This document shows positions 37,401 to 50,525 of a stretch of DNA of 64,000 nt, one piece after another. The notes beneath the pieces were generated by a model, which was not told where the DNA came from, searched no databases, and saw only the letters and a program-made list of their open reading frames with translations. Origin of the DNA: Okamejei kenojei. Lineage: Eukaryota. The translations under genes were made by a program, and so were the position numbers. Position 1 is the stretch's first letter; every line of letters starts with the position of its first letter. The stretch spans positions 27,342,001 through 27,406,000 of the forward strand of contig CM069131.1 of NCBI GenBank assembly GCA_035221665.1, read 5' to 3'.

Positions 37401-38020
37401 GTAAGTATTGAGATATCCCTTCGATAATCCAGCAACAAGTAGCTGTTAATCAATGTTAAGAGTGTGACTACCAAATAATTGGTCCAGCTCTACAAGAACA
37501 AATAGCTTTGGAGATTACATTGAACTATCTGCGCTAAGAACAATTAACTCCAAGATAAAATATAATTTTATTAAATTAGATTTTCAATTGATTGACAGTA
37601 GTTGGTTTGGAAATATTAACTAAGTTTCTCTATTTTTATCAATTTTTTGTCAAATATGTTATGTTCCGACATCACGTGCATCAGTCATAAATCAAAGGGG
37701 CAAAAAGCTGTGTAGGAAGAGACCAACTGACGGCTCGGAGGTATTTACCCAATTTGAAAACTATGATATTAACGCACGCAGATATTTGAAAGAAATGCTC
37801 GTGACAAGAATCCCTTTTCAATTTTCTGATATTACCAGATCCTGGTAGGCATTTTATCAGGGAACCACACCCATTCTTATATCTGAAGCAGAGTTACGTT
37901 TTCTATTAGCTTAGCCTGCTCCTTTTAACATTACATGTCTAAATTGGGCAATCTGTGTAATCTGTATAAACTGCTGTGAAATCGCAGTGCTTACAACGCT
38001 AGATTTTGACCATGCACTTC

Positions 38021-38155
38021 TTCTTCTTTCGTGTGGTGTGCACAGCCTAAAGTTGTTGCACAACTTGTTCTATATGATCTTCCGTTTGTGCACGTCGAGT
38101 TTATTGCATTGGTCGAAACAGGGCGGACCACGTGAAGGTTGCAATCTTCCACCCC
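38021..38155 (-). mobile_element. Second copy (135 bp) of the HDV-ribozyme-headed retroposon
   Basis: Imperfect 13-bp TSD gaccatgcacttc (38008-38020) versus aaccgtgcacttc (38156-38168); GAAAGAAGAA(G) tail on the minus strand. Confidence 0.88.
38102..38155 (-). ncRNA. Minimal HDV/CPEB3-like ribozyme (54 nt)
   Basis: Reads GGGGUGG AA GAUUGCA ACC UUCACGU GGU CCGCCCU G UUUCGA C CAA UGCAAUA. L3 UUCACGU equals the mammalian CPEB3 L3 as recalled; there is one terminal P2 mismatch. Confidence 0.8.
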
Positions 38156-41100
38156 AACCGTGCACTTCATTTTGCTTGTATTTACTCTGCTGAAAATGAA
38201 GCTTGGTTTGTTCCTCACATTCCCTGATATATACCTTTTAAAAGTTTAGGTGGGACCTGCTTCCATTGTTTTATCTGATATGTTATCCAGTGTCACAACC
38301 TTAGGGCAAACTTTGTCCCGTTTCCCCCCCCCCCCCAGCTCCCATGTTTTCAAGTGATTACTGAACAACCAGCTATGTTCACACTTACATTACATTAAGA
38401 AAATGGCTTGACTTTCTTTTCTGTCAATATCAGATGGCTGGCTGGCTTTTTTTTAAAAGGCTGTGTTCCATTTTGAATGCAATAGAAATGCGGTACTGCA
38501 CATATAAAGGGATTTTTTTTTAACATTTGGAAAATTAATATAAGACTTGATGCTGCTGTTTCTTTCCAAGTTTGAAATATAAATTAGAACCGAAAACAGA
38601 TTTGCCATATCTCTGTCGTAGCTGAAATGGTTGTAATTGAAACATTCGGGTTCCAATAGATGTGAAGCTGCAGTGGCAGACGGCTCCTAGAAGAGCTGAA
38701 AAAATTTAACCTCATTGCAAAAGTTCCCTTGTATTATTTCACATATTGATTATGTACTACTTCATAAAATGTTGATTCAGCTTCCAGTCCTATCAATACA
38801 AAATGTGTTTACTAATTATTAGTTAGCTCACTGCTCAAATCTGTTAGTTTACGATAAGGTGTTAGAAAACCAACAGATTTGTGTTTTAAATATAACTCGC
38901 TTTTGTTCAATCTGATATTTTAAGATTGCATACGGTGTGGAACATATTTTCCATGTGACCAAATAGAAGATCTGCATTTAATTTGATTTTTTACATTTAT
39001 TATTCTCCTACGCCATTGGAGAAAGCCACACAGCCCTTCAGGGCAGCTGCTGGAACAATCCGATCAGTTCCACTTCCCATTTCCCTGTAACATGTTCTCT
39101 TCTTCCATGCCCATGAACTCCGCCCTGATTTTCCCAGCATTCATCAAAACCACAATAATTTACATAAACCAATTAGCCTATCAACCAAAACATTTTGTGT
39201 GTAAGAGGAAACCGGAGTTCCCGAGGGAAACCCACGCAGTTACTAGGAATACTGCAAACTCCACCTGGACAGCATCTAGGTCAGGATTGATCCTCGCCTA
39301 CTGGACGCTAGAACTACCCGCTATAACGTTCTGCACGTTTCTTTTATAATATAACGTAATGCAGAGAATGATCAAAACCATGGCCTATAGCCCCTCAAGG
39401 TTGCTTTACACTTCAATGCGATGAAGTTGCATTCTGAGTTCTGCTTTCTTGCTTTGTGGTAATTAATCAACATCTTGCTTACCAACAACCCATTTATCAC
39501 TGCCTTAAAACATTCAGAGGCTGTTTCCACTGTCCTTGGTGAAAGGAAGTTGCAAAGACTGTACGCTCTGAGCGGAAAAGAGTATCTCATTTGTGCAGAG
39601 AAGATTTACGAGAATGTTGCCAGGACTGGAGGGCCTGAACTATAGGGAGAGATTGGCAGAGTAGGTCTTTCCTCAGAGTGCAGGAGGATTAGGGATCATC
39701 TCGTAGATGCGCCTAAAATTATGAGAGGATCCCATGTGATAGAATTTAATGATTTTTGTGCATTAGTTTTGATGTGGATATATAATTAAGAAATCCTGCA
39801 ACTTTTAAAAATTGCTTAAGCCACTTGGAGAAATTAAAAGATTCACATGGTATCAGCTCGTCTATAATGTTGTATGGGTCTATTTGGCTCTTGCACTACA
39901 TTAAGTCAGTGGAACATATGCATCATATAAGACCTCTTAATTTTGATATTTTTAACTTATAACCGTATAACCATATAACAATTACAGCACGGAAACAGGC
40001 CCTCTCGGCCCTTCCAGTCCGTGCCGACCATTTATTTTCCCATAGTCCTATCTACCTGCACTCCGACCATACCCCTCCATTCCCTTCCCGTCCATATACT
40101 TATCCACTTTACTTTTAAATGTTTGTAAAAGCTTGTTTGTAAAAGCTCATTAGCTTTCTCCTCTCCTAGCTTTCCTAATGCTCATTACCAAATATGCTAA
40201 CCTGGCCTACATGTGATTCAAGACACACAAGAAGATGGTTGACATTTACTCTACCCTTTGAAATGGGTTCTTAATTGTACTAAACATTAATGAGAAAGTG
40301 TTAAGAAGAAAAACTTGATGAACATCTTGAATCTTATATGGAGTTGGTAAAGTCATAGTCAACCCTGCATTGTTGGAGCAGACCTAAAGATCATTCAAAC
40401 AGGTGTTGGCTTACTGACACAATCAAACCTTTCATACATGACTTCTTTATTGACATGTTAACACCAAGTTTAAGACAAAGATTGTAGGTTAGGTCCACAT
40501 ACTTGGTATTGGTTGATTTTGGGCGCATCTGATGTGCACACCTCCATCCTACCCTCCACCTGATTGTCTTCCCCAACCTCTCAAAATAACAGCTTACACC
40601 AACCCGAGCATCGACATCCTGCTCTCGCATCACAGACAAATGGTTATTTGGTAAAACACTGGGTACTTTGGTTCCACATAACGTTGGTTCCACAAAATTA
40701 CTACTATCCTGTATTTATTTTACTGGGGGGCAATTTATCCCTAGAAAGTGTAAAAAAAAAAAAACTCACTATTCGGTTCTCATAAGCGAGGACAGATTAT
40801 ATTCAGACATGAACAATAAACAGTTGCACTGGCTGGACACTTCATGTGCATTTGTTTTTAAATTTTATTTTTGATATATTCACTTAACTGGATGAAGAAT
40901 ACAAACTGTTTGAAAATTGAGTGTTGCATTTTGATTGTAACATATACCTGCAATTTCTTATACTGGTCCATACCTCCCATTGATTAATCAGAGTGTCAAA
41001 TAGATAGCTACCTGAACAAATAATGATTATTTTGAGTAATTAAAAAAAATATATCCAACAGGTAACTACAAAACAAATTGTGGCATAGCAAGGAAATACA

Positions 41101-41746
41101 CAAGACTGTTGGGTTGTAAGATTAAAAAAACCCAATGAACTAGCATTTGTGTAGTGAGTTGATTTTGCAGTGGTGCTGTTATTGGTATGGTGTTACTGTT
41201 GCATATTTACATGTAAAGTAAGGTGTCATAAACAGTAGCAGGGGCATTGGGTGGTGGACAGATGTTGAAAGACTAAGATAAAATTCCTGTTCTTTCAATT
41301 GATGCTTCTGAAAATTCTGATAAAATGGCATCTCTGACAATGCAACACTCTGTATCAGGCGTGTTCTAAGTATTAGGATGGTTATATGCTGAGGTATCGG
41401 GAGTGACATTTGAACTGACAAGCATGACGACCGGGTTGGGAGTGCTGCCACTGAACTGGCATTTAATAATTTTGCTACAATATCCCAAAGCAACATCCTC
41501 ATGGTGTATCTTGGTGCATCTAACTATTTTCCTGGTACAATTAATGGCAGCAGTAAAGCAAATCTTCCATTGCAATATGTGTTTGCACTGCAATGATAGT
41601 TGAGCAAAAGGAAATGACTCTTGTTTGGAAAAAAAAATTTGCTGAAATTCTTTTGAGCTATCTTTTCACAGAACTCCGGTTTCCACGATTCCATAATTGT
41701 CCTTGTGACATTGTAATGAAACAGAACTTGATGGGATCATGAATTG

Positions 41747-41782
41747 ATCCATCAAAAGGAATATCCATCAAAAGGAATATCC
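41747..41782. repeat. Short tandem duplication (atccatcaaaaggaat)x2
   Basis: Directly visible, just outside the Helitron 3' end. Confidence 0.8.
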
Positions 41783-41795
41783 CTTTTATTTTAAA

Positions 41796-42949
41796 TTAGA
41801 CCGGGTGCGGACCCGTTGGGCCCTGTCCCCAAGGCAATATTCCACCACTCATCCATAGCCCCCAACTGCGCAGGCACGGCTGATGAGTTCCCGTTGTGAC
41901 GCCAGAGATCCCCGTTGTGACTCGAGTGATGGCAACCCTCCCCCAATGGCGCGGCCGGCAAGTGGGAGCACGACTGCAACGTTTTTAAAGTTCAAAATGG
42001 CAATAACCATAAAATCTAAAATATAAGATCAATGTGAAGGCATCTCTTCAGTCCCTATTCCCCACCTTCATTATCCTCCCTCTCCCCACACTCCTCTGCT
42101 TCCTCCCTCTTCCCCCTCCCTTCCTCCATTATCTCACCATCCCTCTTCCTACCCCTATCCCTCATCCCCAGTACCTCCTTCCTCTTCACCCTCCCTCTTC
42201 TTTCCCCTCCCCACCTCTCCCGCTCCTTCCCTCACTTCTCCTTTCCTCTCCTTTCCCCTATCCTCAGTCACTCCCTCCCTCCATTACCCCCCTACCCCCT
42301 CCACTCCCTCTATTCTCCTGCTCCCCCACTCCTCACCTCCCCCTATCCCACCCCCACTCTCCCTCTTCACCACCCCCACTGCCTTCCATTCCCTCGATCC
42401 CCCACCCCCCACTCCTCACCTCCTCCCTATCCCACCCTCCCACAATGAAAATCGGGATTTTTTTTTAAATGAAACTCCCCCCACACAATGAAAATCGCAA
42501 TTTGTTTTAAATTGAATTCCGAATGGGAAAACATTTTCCCATTCGGAAAATTTTAGGTTACGTTTTTTCTTTGAAATAACCTAAACACAATGTTAGCTGT
42601 TAATGAAAACGGAAGAATTTGATTAAAAAGGAGGTTTTGTTTAGAATTTTAAAAATCGCGGATTTTTAATGTAAATAAAATTTGGGATCCTATTATGACG
42701 TCATTGCAACGTCGAACGCGGCTGACATGTCGTTTTGTAAAGTGTTCTTTGTAAAGTTTAAAAATATCAATAACTTGTAAAGTATAACATCAATCTGAAC
42801 AAAACTTGGCTATTGCACACCCGGGATAATGGTGAGTAAGGTGGGTCACAAACTGTAGCGCTATCATCTACCATTTTAGCTGTGTTTCGGGAAAAAATCC
42901 ACATACAAACAAATGAACAAGATGAGAGTTTTAATAAAACATATATGGA
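41796..42949 (-). mobile_element. Non-autonomous Helitron
   Basis: On the minus strand: host A then 5' TC at 42949; 3' hairpin GGGCCC-AAC-GGGTCC (41809-41823) about 10 nt before CTAA (CTRR) and a host T. Internal pyrimidine-rich tract at 42040-42440 and an internal ~55-bp direct repeat (~41981 and ~42749). Confidence 0.72.
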
Positions 42950-43029
42950 TGTTAACAGGACAAATTACTAAATGTGCTCTCATTTTGGAACTATACTTGG
43001 ATGATTATTTGTTTTTTGGTATGTCCCAG

Positions 43030-43138
43030 GATATGAAGCACATGATGACTGGTGGTCCTACCCTAAAAGAAACCAGAATTGTTTCTAGCAGCTATGGTAA
43101 TCCATCTGAGGGAATCATTGAAGCTGAAACATATAGAG
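43030..43138 (+). CDS. ARFIP1: Arfaptin-1 coding exon, 109 nt (DMKHMMTGGPTLKETRIVSSSYGNPSEGIIEAETYR-G)
   Basis: cag|GAT acceptor and AG|gtaatg donor, phase 0 to 1. Aligns with human DLKHSLPSGLGLSETQITSHGFDNTKEGVIEAGAFQG. Confidence 0.92.
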
Positions 43139-43944
43139 GTAATGGTAGTTTAACATTTTTTTACAAGGCTCATATAATGTTTAATTTTTCATAATCGGAA
43201 TATGTGTATTTCAAGTTCTTGATTCACATTTATATTTCAATAATACTTGCATTCTTCTTTCATAAATACAATTCAGCAATGCTACAGACACTTGTGAGGT
43301 TGCTCTCAGAAAAATAATGTCTTAAAAGGTGGAATGTAGACTAATGGGACCACATTTATCATTCTCATGCCATAAAAATGACTTGCAATAATTACTAAAA
43401 TAATTGAAATCCTTATCTTTTTGAAGTCTGAAATTGTTTGAATACTTGTTTCTGATGTATGTGCTTTTGTGGGTTTTCACTTGTATAAAGCTAGAGGCAT
43501 TTGAGGTGATAAATGCTGACCTATTGCCACTAATAGACATTATCTATTAAGTTGGTTCTGTGAGCCGGGATTGATTAGTCCCTTGCAAATTCCGATCAAG
43601 TTGATGTTTCTGAAAAGAGCTACAAAAGTAGACCAATTTTTGTCCATTGGATCTGGAACTTTTTTTCCTTAAAATATATATGTAATTTTTTTTTGAAAGT
43701 TACTTGAATCTTTCCTGCACATTACTAGCTGGGTTAAAAGAAACTCATCTTGTTCTTTTGCCAATTACATCATCGGTGCCTTTCGGTAACTCCCTTCTAA
43801 ACCCGAAAAAAGTTAATTTACTAAAACATTTCGACCTTGTGCACCTCAATTAATTATTTGTTATTTTTTCTAATGCAAATCCCAATTTCTCCATTCTGTC
43901 TACATTACTCAAATCGCACATCCCATGTCAAATCGCACATCCCA

Positions 43945-44130
43945 TGTAACCCCTCCCCTTCCCAGTTCTCCCAGAGCCCACTGTCTCCGCTTCTTCCTTT
44001 CTTCTTCCCGTCCGTCCCCGTCCCCCCCACATCAGTCTGAAGAAGGGTTTCGACCCAAAACGTGACCTATTCCTTCGCTCCACAGATGCTGCCTCGCCTG
44101 CTGAATTTCTCCAGCATTTTTGTCTACCTC
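43945..44130 (+). repeat. Penelope 3' pLTR fragment (core 44037-44064, degenerate)
   Basis: Pyrimidine tract, then catcagtctgaagaagggtttcgacccaaaacgtg; same layout as 19020-19175. Confidence 0.75.
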
Positions 44131-44775
44131 CCATGCAACTGAGGTTTTAGTTATGTGAACACTGAGGAATCCTGAGTAAACTTAATCAAAGCATGCCTTT
44201 ATTGGCTTTCCGAAAGTTATGTCCAGAATTGATCATAATTCTATGGCTGGGACCAATACATGATTTATAAAAAACTTTACTACCATTCTGCTGTAGGTAT
44301 CTATTTGTAAAGCAGGGATCTGTTGGGCTTTTTAGCAGCCTTCGCATCGTAACTTATACGTTCAAATATATTTATTTGCAACCCCTCTATCTGTTCCTGG
44401 ATTCCTTTTAAAATTGTTTCATTTAGTTTATACTGTCTCTTGTGTATGTCTAATCAAAATGCTTCACTTCATACTTCTCTCCATCAAATCTCATCTGTGC
44501 TGTGCATGCACCAGTTCCTTAGCCTGTTTATGCTCCCAGAAATATTCCTATCCTGCTCATTGTTTACTGCATTTACAAATGCCTGTCATATGCAGAGATT
44601 GACATTATACACTTGTCTAAGTGGAAAAGAACAATGTAAAAAAAGCATAACCTATTCATGTGCACCTCTTCCACTAAATGTATATGTAGCAGCAGAAGCT
44701 ACTATATTAAACCCTCAATTTTTTTGATTTAACTGTACAAGACTTAAATTTATTAAGTTTAAAATTTTTATTTCA

Positions 44776-45126
44776 ATGTCTGGAGGAAAAGCCGCGAACA
44801 CAGCGGGGTCAGGGAAAATTCAGCGAGAGAGAAAATTTTTAACAGGTAAAATTTTGCAATCGACATTGAGCACTGTCGACCCTCCACTCATTTCTGAAAT
44901 AAAACAAAAACATGCAATCTTTGCCTTGCTGATCTCTCAGCATGAGCTTGGAAAACTAGAGGGAGGGTTTACCCAGGCCACATTGGGGGAAAAAAGCATC
45001 TCTTCATATGGGGTATCACACGAGTTGGCAAAAACAATTCATCCCTTGGAAAAAGTGAAACAATTGATCGTCAACTTAATTGTGCGTCCAGACACAGTGA
45101 AACAGCTGCACTTGGAACGTTTCTGA
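44776..45126 (+). mobile_element. Possible hAT/Charlie transposase N-terminal fossil
   Basis: ORF contains SSYGVSHELAKTIHP..KQLI, similar to the Charlie-type ASYxVSxxIAKxxKPHxxxExLI motif. Confidence 0.35.
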
Positions 45127-48100
45127 GAATGTATTTAAAAGCTTTTAATAATTTAATTTATACAAGTAACTTAAAGATCCAAACATCTTAACCTGAAAAA
45201 CATTTAAATATATTTTAAAATATCTTTAAAGCATTATGCATCCTGTTGCCCTGAAGTGAATTGCTGACAGCAACTTCAGGATTTCTGTTCACATACATGT
45301 GGTAATCTTGAAATTGATGTCAATTCAGTAGAATAATGACATGAATGCTGTCAGTTTCCCTGTCGCAGTGCCACACAATCCATTTACTCTTCCACAGGAT
45401 GATCTTTCGTCAGCAAATTTAAAATTTGCTTTCTCAGATTGGCATGCTGCTGTCTATCAACCAAATCCATCATTTACACGTTGCTCAGTTTGATTTTTTT
45501 TTAAACTAAAGTTTAATTAAAATATTGTATTTCAGGTTTGCTCTCAAATTATCCTAAATACTGCATTTTGCAGTGAAAATAATTCAGGATGTTTTTGAAA
45601 TTTTCTTGAAAACCCATATCCTTAAAGCAATTAAAAGCGAGCTTTTAAAATGCTCTATTTATTTTTCTTGTTTCCTAAAATTCCTTTCATGAGTATATTG
45701 GCGGAAAATGATTACTGGTTTCCCCATAAAGACGGTTTGATTGGGAAATCTGAGGAACATAACAGATTTTCCTTTGCCAGACTCCTCTTGATACAAATAA
45801 TACTGGAAAAACATTACATTTGCAGCATATCTTACTTTGGTTGCTCTATATTTGCACTCAAAGAATAAACTGAATTATTACGATAATATGAGCTATTTTA
45901 AATGGTTGATACTCTTTGCGGCATTCTGTATTAATCAACTATTATATTACTTGATTCTTATTTTGGAATTGAGTTTGGCTGTTTTGCTGACGCTGTGTTT
46001 TTAAATTGTGCGATCATTTCTCATTCTGTCAACAGATAAGAACAAACTAATTTTGCTATGGTAAATATTGTGCATGCTATCCTAGCAACAACTGTAGTGA
46101 AACATCAAAAAGTAATCTAGTGTGTATATATATTGTGGCTAAATGGAGATTAAACTGGACAAACAGAAAAGCTAAGATGTTCCTTTTTGCATGAAATCCA
46201 TAGTGTGCAATATTGAACAGTCATTGTGTTTTTCTTCTCATTGAAGAAGCAAAAGCTTTCAAGTCACTGAGACTGAAACATTTAAATTTGAAAAGCATGA
46301 ATTTTTATAATTAGCAGTCATGGAACCTTTTTATTTCCTACTCTTTCATAAGCAGCTGCGCGCTGAAGGATGGGTTCACTAAACAAGCTTGAATACCTTT
46401 TATAGCACAATGAAGATTTTCAACTGGTTACCATTTTGCCTGAGTTTGTAGTTTTTACATTAATATTTATATTGTAACCATTATTCCAATAGCATTAAAA
46501 AGACTCTGCATGCTACATTCAACCCATATTAACAGACCAATCAAGTTTACTGACCATAATGTTAACCAGCACATCTTATGTCAAATTCAAATTGTACACC
46601 ATTTGTAAGTAAATGAAGAGTTATATTAAACGTTTTTCACAGAAATTGACTGGATGTATAACAATACATTTTCTTTAACATTGAAAGTGACTTTGTCACT
46701 TCTCTCCATCAATACAATAATATGACCATTTTGATTTGGGCATATATCCAGGAAGTAGACACTTGGTCTAGACATGAGTTTAGATTCCATCATGGCATTT
46801 GAGGAATTTTAATGCAATAAACTGGAATAAAATACTAATATCACATAACGTCCAATATTACATGTTGTACTGATTGTGGATAATCAGCCGTGATCATATT
46901 GAATGGCTGTCGGTGCTGGCTCGAAGAGCTGAATGGTATACTCCTGCACCTATTGTCTATTGTCTACTTCTGTCTCAAAGTTTCCACTTCCACTGCCCTT
47001 TAAAATAGATGAGATAATCCAAAAACTTGAGGAACAAAATAGCCTAAAACAGGTGACCTATTTTTAATCAGTGGAAACTCGTTCTAGGTTCTCCCACAGG
47101 AAGAAATGTCTTCCACCATTTCAAGACACTTGAAATCTTCCTTGTTTTAATCTATTCCCTCTTGCTGTGCTAAACTCCAGCATTTACAAACCTAGATGGA
47201 CGAACATTTCTGAGTGGGACAACTTGTCCTTTCTTGGCATTTGTCAGTAAACATTCTCTGAATTAACATATATCCTTAAGTAAGGAGACCAATATTTAAG
47301 AAATTGTGATTGTTTTTCATTTTCCTCCAATCTTCCTACTTGTCTTCAATCCTTCCAGCAATAAGGGATAATATTCTGTTCGTTTTCCTACATACCTACT
47401 GCACCTGCATTCTATCGATAAGGAATTTTAGTTATGTGGATAAATTTGAGAGGCTGTGGACATTGACGGGATCTGATAGGGTATTTAAAACTAAGTAGGG
47501 CCTAGACAAAATAGTAACTAATCCTATTGGCAGTAGAGTTGAAAAGGAATGGATATAGAATGAAGGTAATTACCAGAAGCATCACAGGTGAAATTAAGAT
47601 TTTTTTTTGCACAGAAAGCTGTTACCTCTAGGTCCACAGGGATACTGGTGGAGGAAATAAAATTGTAGCATACAAAGAGAAGCTGGAGAAAAATGGAGTG
47701 TTGGGGGAAGCGAACAGGGAAGAACTGGTGCAAGCTCGATAGGCTTTTATGATTATTGCCATCTTTAACAAGCGTCATACTTGCTTTGGAGGCGGTGTAG
47801 CAAAGATTCCCAGAATACCTCGTGAAATGCACGGGTTGGCCTCTGAGGAAAGATTGAGCAGAATGGCCAGTACTTTGGAGATCAGAAGAGGGTAACTCAT
47901 TCCAATAAGAGTAATTAGAGATGGATTAATGCTGACCTTACTAGCGAAGCAGAGATGCTGAAAGTTAAATAAGTAAAATTTTCAGGGGTTTTCTAAGATG
48001 GATATTGTTTTCTTTGCTCAGCATCTCGTATTAAGGACGTCATCCCAAGGTAAGGTTGATCATCTAAAATTGAGAAGAGATTTCTTTCAGTCTGAAGGGT

Positions 48101-48282
48101 CCCGACCCAAAATGCCGCAGAGAAATGCAGCCTGACCCGTGGAGTTACTCCAACACTGCCTTCTGCGCAAGTTCTTTGTGCCTCTAGATTTTATATGATT
48201 GTGAATTTTTCTAATTATCTGCCCCAGAGATGAAGCGTTGAGTTCATTTAAGATTGTGATAGATCTTTTATTCACAGAGCAG

Positions 48283-48745
48283 AAACATAGAAAAATAGGT
48301 GCAGGAGTAGGCCATTTGGCCCTTCGAACCAGCACTGCCATTCAATATGATCATGGCTGATCATCTAAAATTAGTAAATCAGTACCCCCGTTCCTGCTTT
48401 TTCCCCATATCCCTTGGTTCCTTCAGTACGAAGAGCTAAATCACTTGAAAACATCCAGTGAATTGGCCTCCACTGCCTTCTGTGGCAGAGAATTCCACAG
48501 ATTCACAACTCTCTGGGTGAAAAGGTTTTTCTCATCTCAGTCCTAAATGGCCTACCCCTTATTCTTAAACTGTGACCCCTGATTCTGGACTCCCCCAACA
48601 TCAGGAACATTTTTCCTGCATCTACCCTGTACAATACTTTAAGAATGTTATATGTTTCTATAAGATCCCCTCTCATCCTTCTAAATTCCAGAAAATATAA
48701 GCCCATCGACCCATTCTTTCATCATATGTCAGTCCTGCCATCCGG
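48283..48745 (-). mobile_element. CR1 LINE 3' fragment
   Basis: LEFRRMRGDLIETYNIL...RGHSLRIRGRPFRTEMRK with a (catagaaa) tail. Shorter CR1 tails at ~9980-10130, 22905-23240, 27490-27640, 34695-34935, 39955-40120 and 46875-46965. Confidence 0.9.
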
Positions 48746-50392
48746 GAGTAGAGAGATATGGGACTTAAGCAGGGGATGAAGCCAGAAATAGAACTGCGAT
48801 TATCTTATTGAACGTCAGGGCAGGCTTGAGGGGACATCTAACCAACTTCACTTTATATTCTGAAGTGAAAATATCTAGCAGAATAGTTCAGGGGAACTAG
48901 TCCTGCCAATTTATGATCACATCCTATAATTGATGAAATAAAAGATAACGCAACATACCGTTATGTGTTGCAGTCAGTAACTAATTTAAACAAATGGCCT
49001 CAGCCTTTTGGATAGACTGTGTCTTTCAGCTCCATGGATGCATCAGAGTTAAATTTTGCAAAATTCGTGGATTTCTTTTTCATAACTTTCTACCAGATCA
49101 AATTTCTTATTAAATTTCATGGAATTCCTTGTGCAAGTTGATGATTTAAATTGAAATCCGTCTTTTGAGTTTCCTAAAGCTGCTGGGTTGTTGGAGTTGG
49201 ATGTGAATTTACATGAAGATGGAGCTTTTTTTAATCCACCGGGTTTATGATTAAGGAACTTAAAGCTGCGGATGTACACATTGCAGTACAAGTGGGCTCA
49301 GAGCTTCAAGTGGTCAAATGTGCTGCTCAGATTAAGGAATTGGCTGTGTGAAAAAGGTTAGGAATTGCTCAGACAATGCTGAGAATCAGTGTAGGAAGTT
49401 TGGGGTCATGTTGCTCCTGTTCCATTGTAGTAATTGTAGTGCTTTTTGCATGTGATCGAAGCTGTTGAATCTGGGGCTGGGTGCCTGTGCGAATGTTTAT
49501 TGGGGACAGTAAGACTATACAAAGTGAACATGCCAGCAGGAGGTATCTCAGGCCTGAATCTCTCTGGTTCAGTGACGCTGAGCTGCAGTACAGGTTGGAG
49601 ATTTAAATCGAGTGGTAGATGGTTTATTTTGAAACCGTACTTTTGTATCAGTCTCATTTAGGTGCTAAGATTTTGTTGAATGAATTGTGCAGAGTGATTT
49701 ATGTAAGCTGAATTATCTTGTGCTATAAAATGTGAAGCTAATGAATTTGCACCTAATATTTTGAAATGTGTATAACCAGCTAGAATATGATTAGTGTGAA
49801 GTTCACCTTTGAATTTATTTTCATTAAACTGTAGAAAGGCACAGAGAGTCTAGACTATGCAAGCTGATCCTAAAAATGTAAAGCTGTTGAAAGATTCACA
49901 AAGTGACTCTGGGATTCATCGTTGAAAACTCTAGTTTGAGTGAATTGACGGCAAGCTCGCTGCCAGGTTCATTTACGTTGTTTTGCTCAGGCATTCCTGA
50001 TTTTTGATAAACATCCGGACTCTCATGGGTGAATTCCATAGCTGCTTGATTGATTTACCTGACCTTTGGCTGTGTTACAAATATGCCAATATCTTTGGTG
50101 TAAATGTATCTGTTTTTCATTGTGTGTATGCATGCGTTTTGACATTTAAAAACTATATATTCATGCACAAGTTTGAAATGTATAAAGAAACAGACTACTC
50201 TTCAAATAATTTGAGGTGAGTTTTGCAGTGCTTGGTTTATTCAGCTTTTCAGATCAGAATCTTTGTGCCGAGTACTATTTATATGTTAAGGCAAGGCCAG
50301 CACCATCCAAAAGCAGCTTAGACACTTATGATGGGTAAGACTACAAATGTTCCTTCTATTCTTCACTTTGTTTAGTTTTTTAGTTTAGAGAT

Positions 50393-50525
50393 CTTCTTTC
50401 GTGTGGCGTGCACAGCCTAAAGTTGTTGGACAACTTGTTCTATTTGATCTTCCATTTGTGCACGTCGAGTTGATTGCATTAGTCGAAACAGGGCGGACCA
50501 CATGAAGGTTGCAATCTTCCACCCC
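50393..50525 (-). mobile_element. 133-bp non-autonomous retroposon with a 5' HDV-like ribozyme and an AAG-rich 3' tail
   Basis: Perfect 11-bp TSD AGTTTAGAGAT (50382-50392 and 50526-50536). Near-identical to 38021-38155. Inserted in a (tttag)n SINE/CR1-type tail. Confidence 0.88.
50472..50525 (-). ncRNA. Minimal HDV/CPEB3-like ribozyme (54 nt)
   Basis: Minus strand reads GGGGUGG(P1) AA GAUUGCA(P2) ACC(P3) UUCAUGU(L3) GGU(P3') CCGCCCU(P1') G UUUCGA C UAA UGCAAUC(P2'). All helices pair, with a G1-U wobble and a J4/2 CUAA. Confidence 0.82.

Noticed and set aside
42034-42468. 144-aa Pro/Leu-rich ORF
   Set aside because: It is a translation of the C/T low-complexity tract inside the Helitron, with no evidence of coding function.
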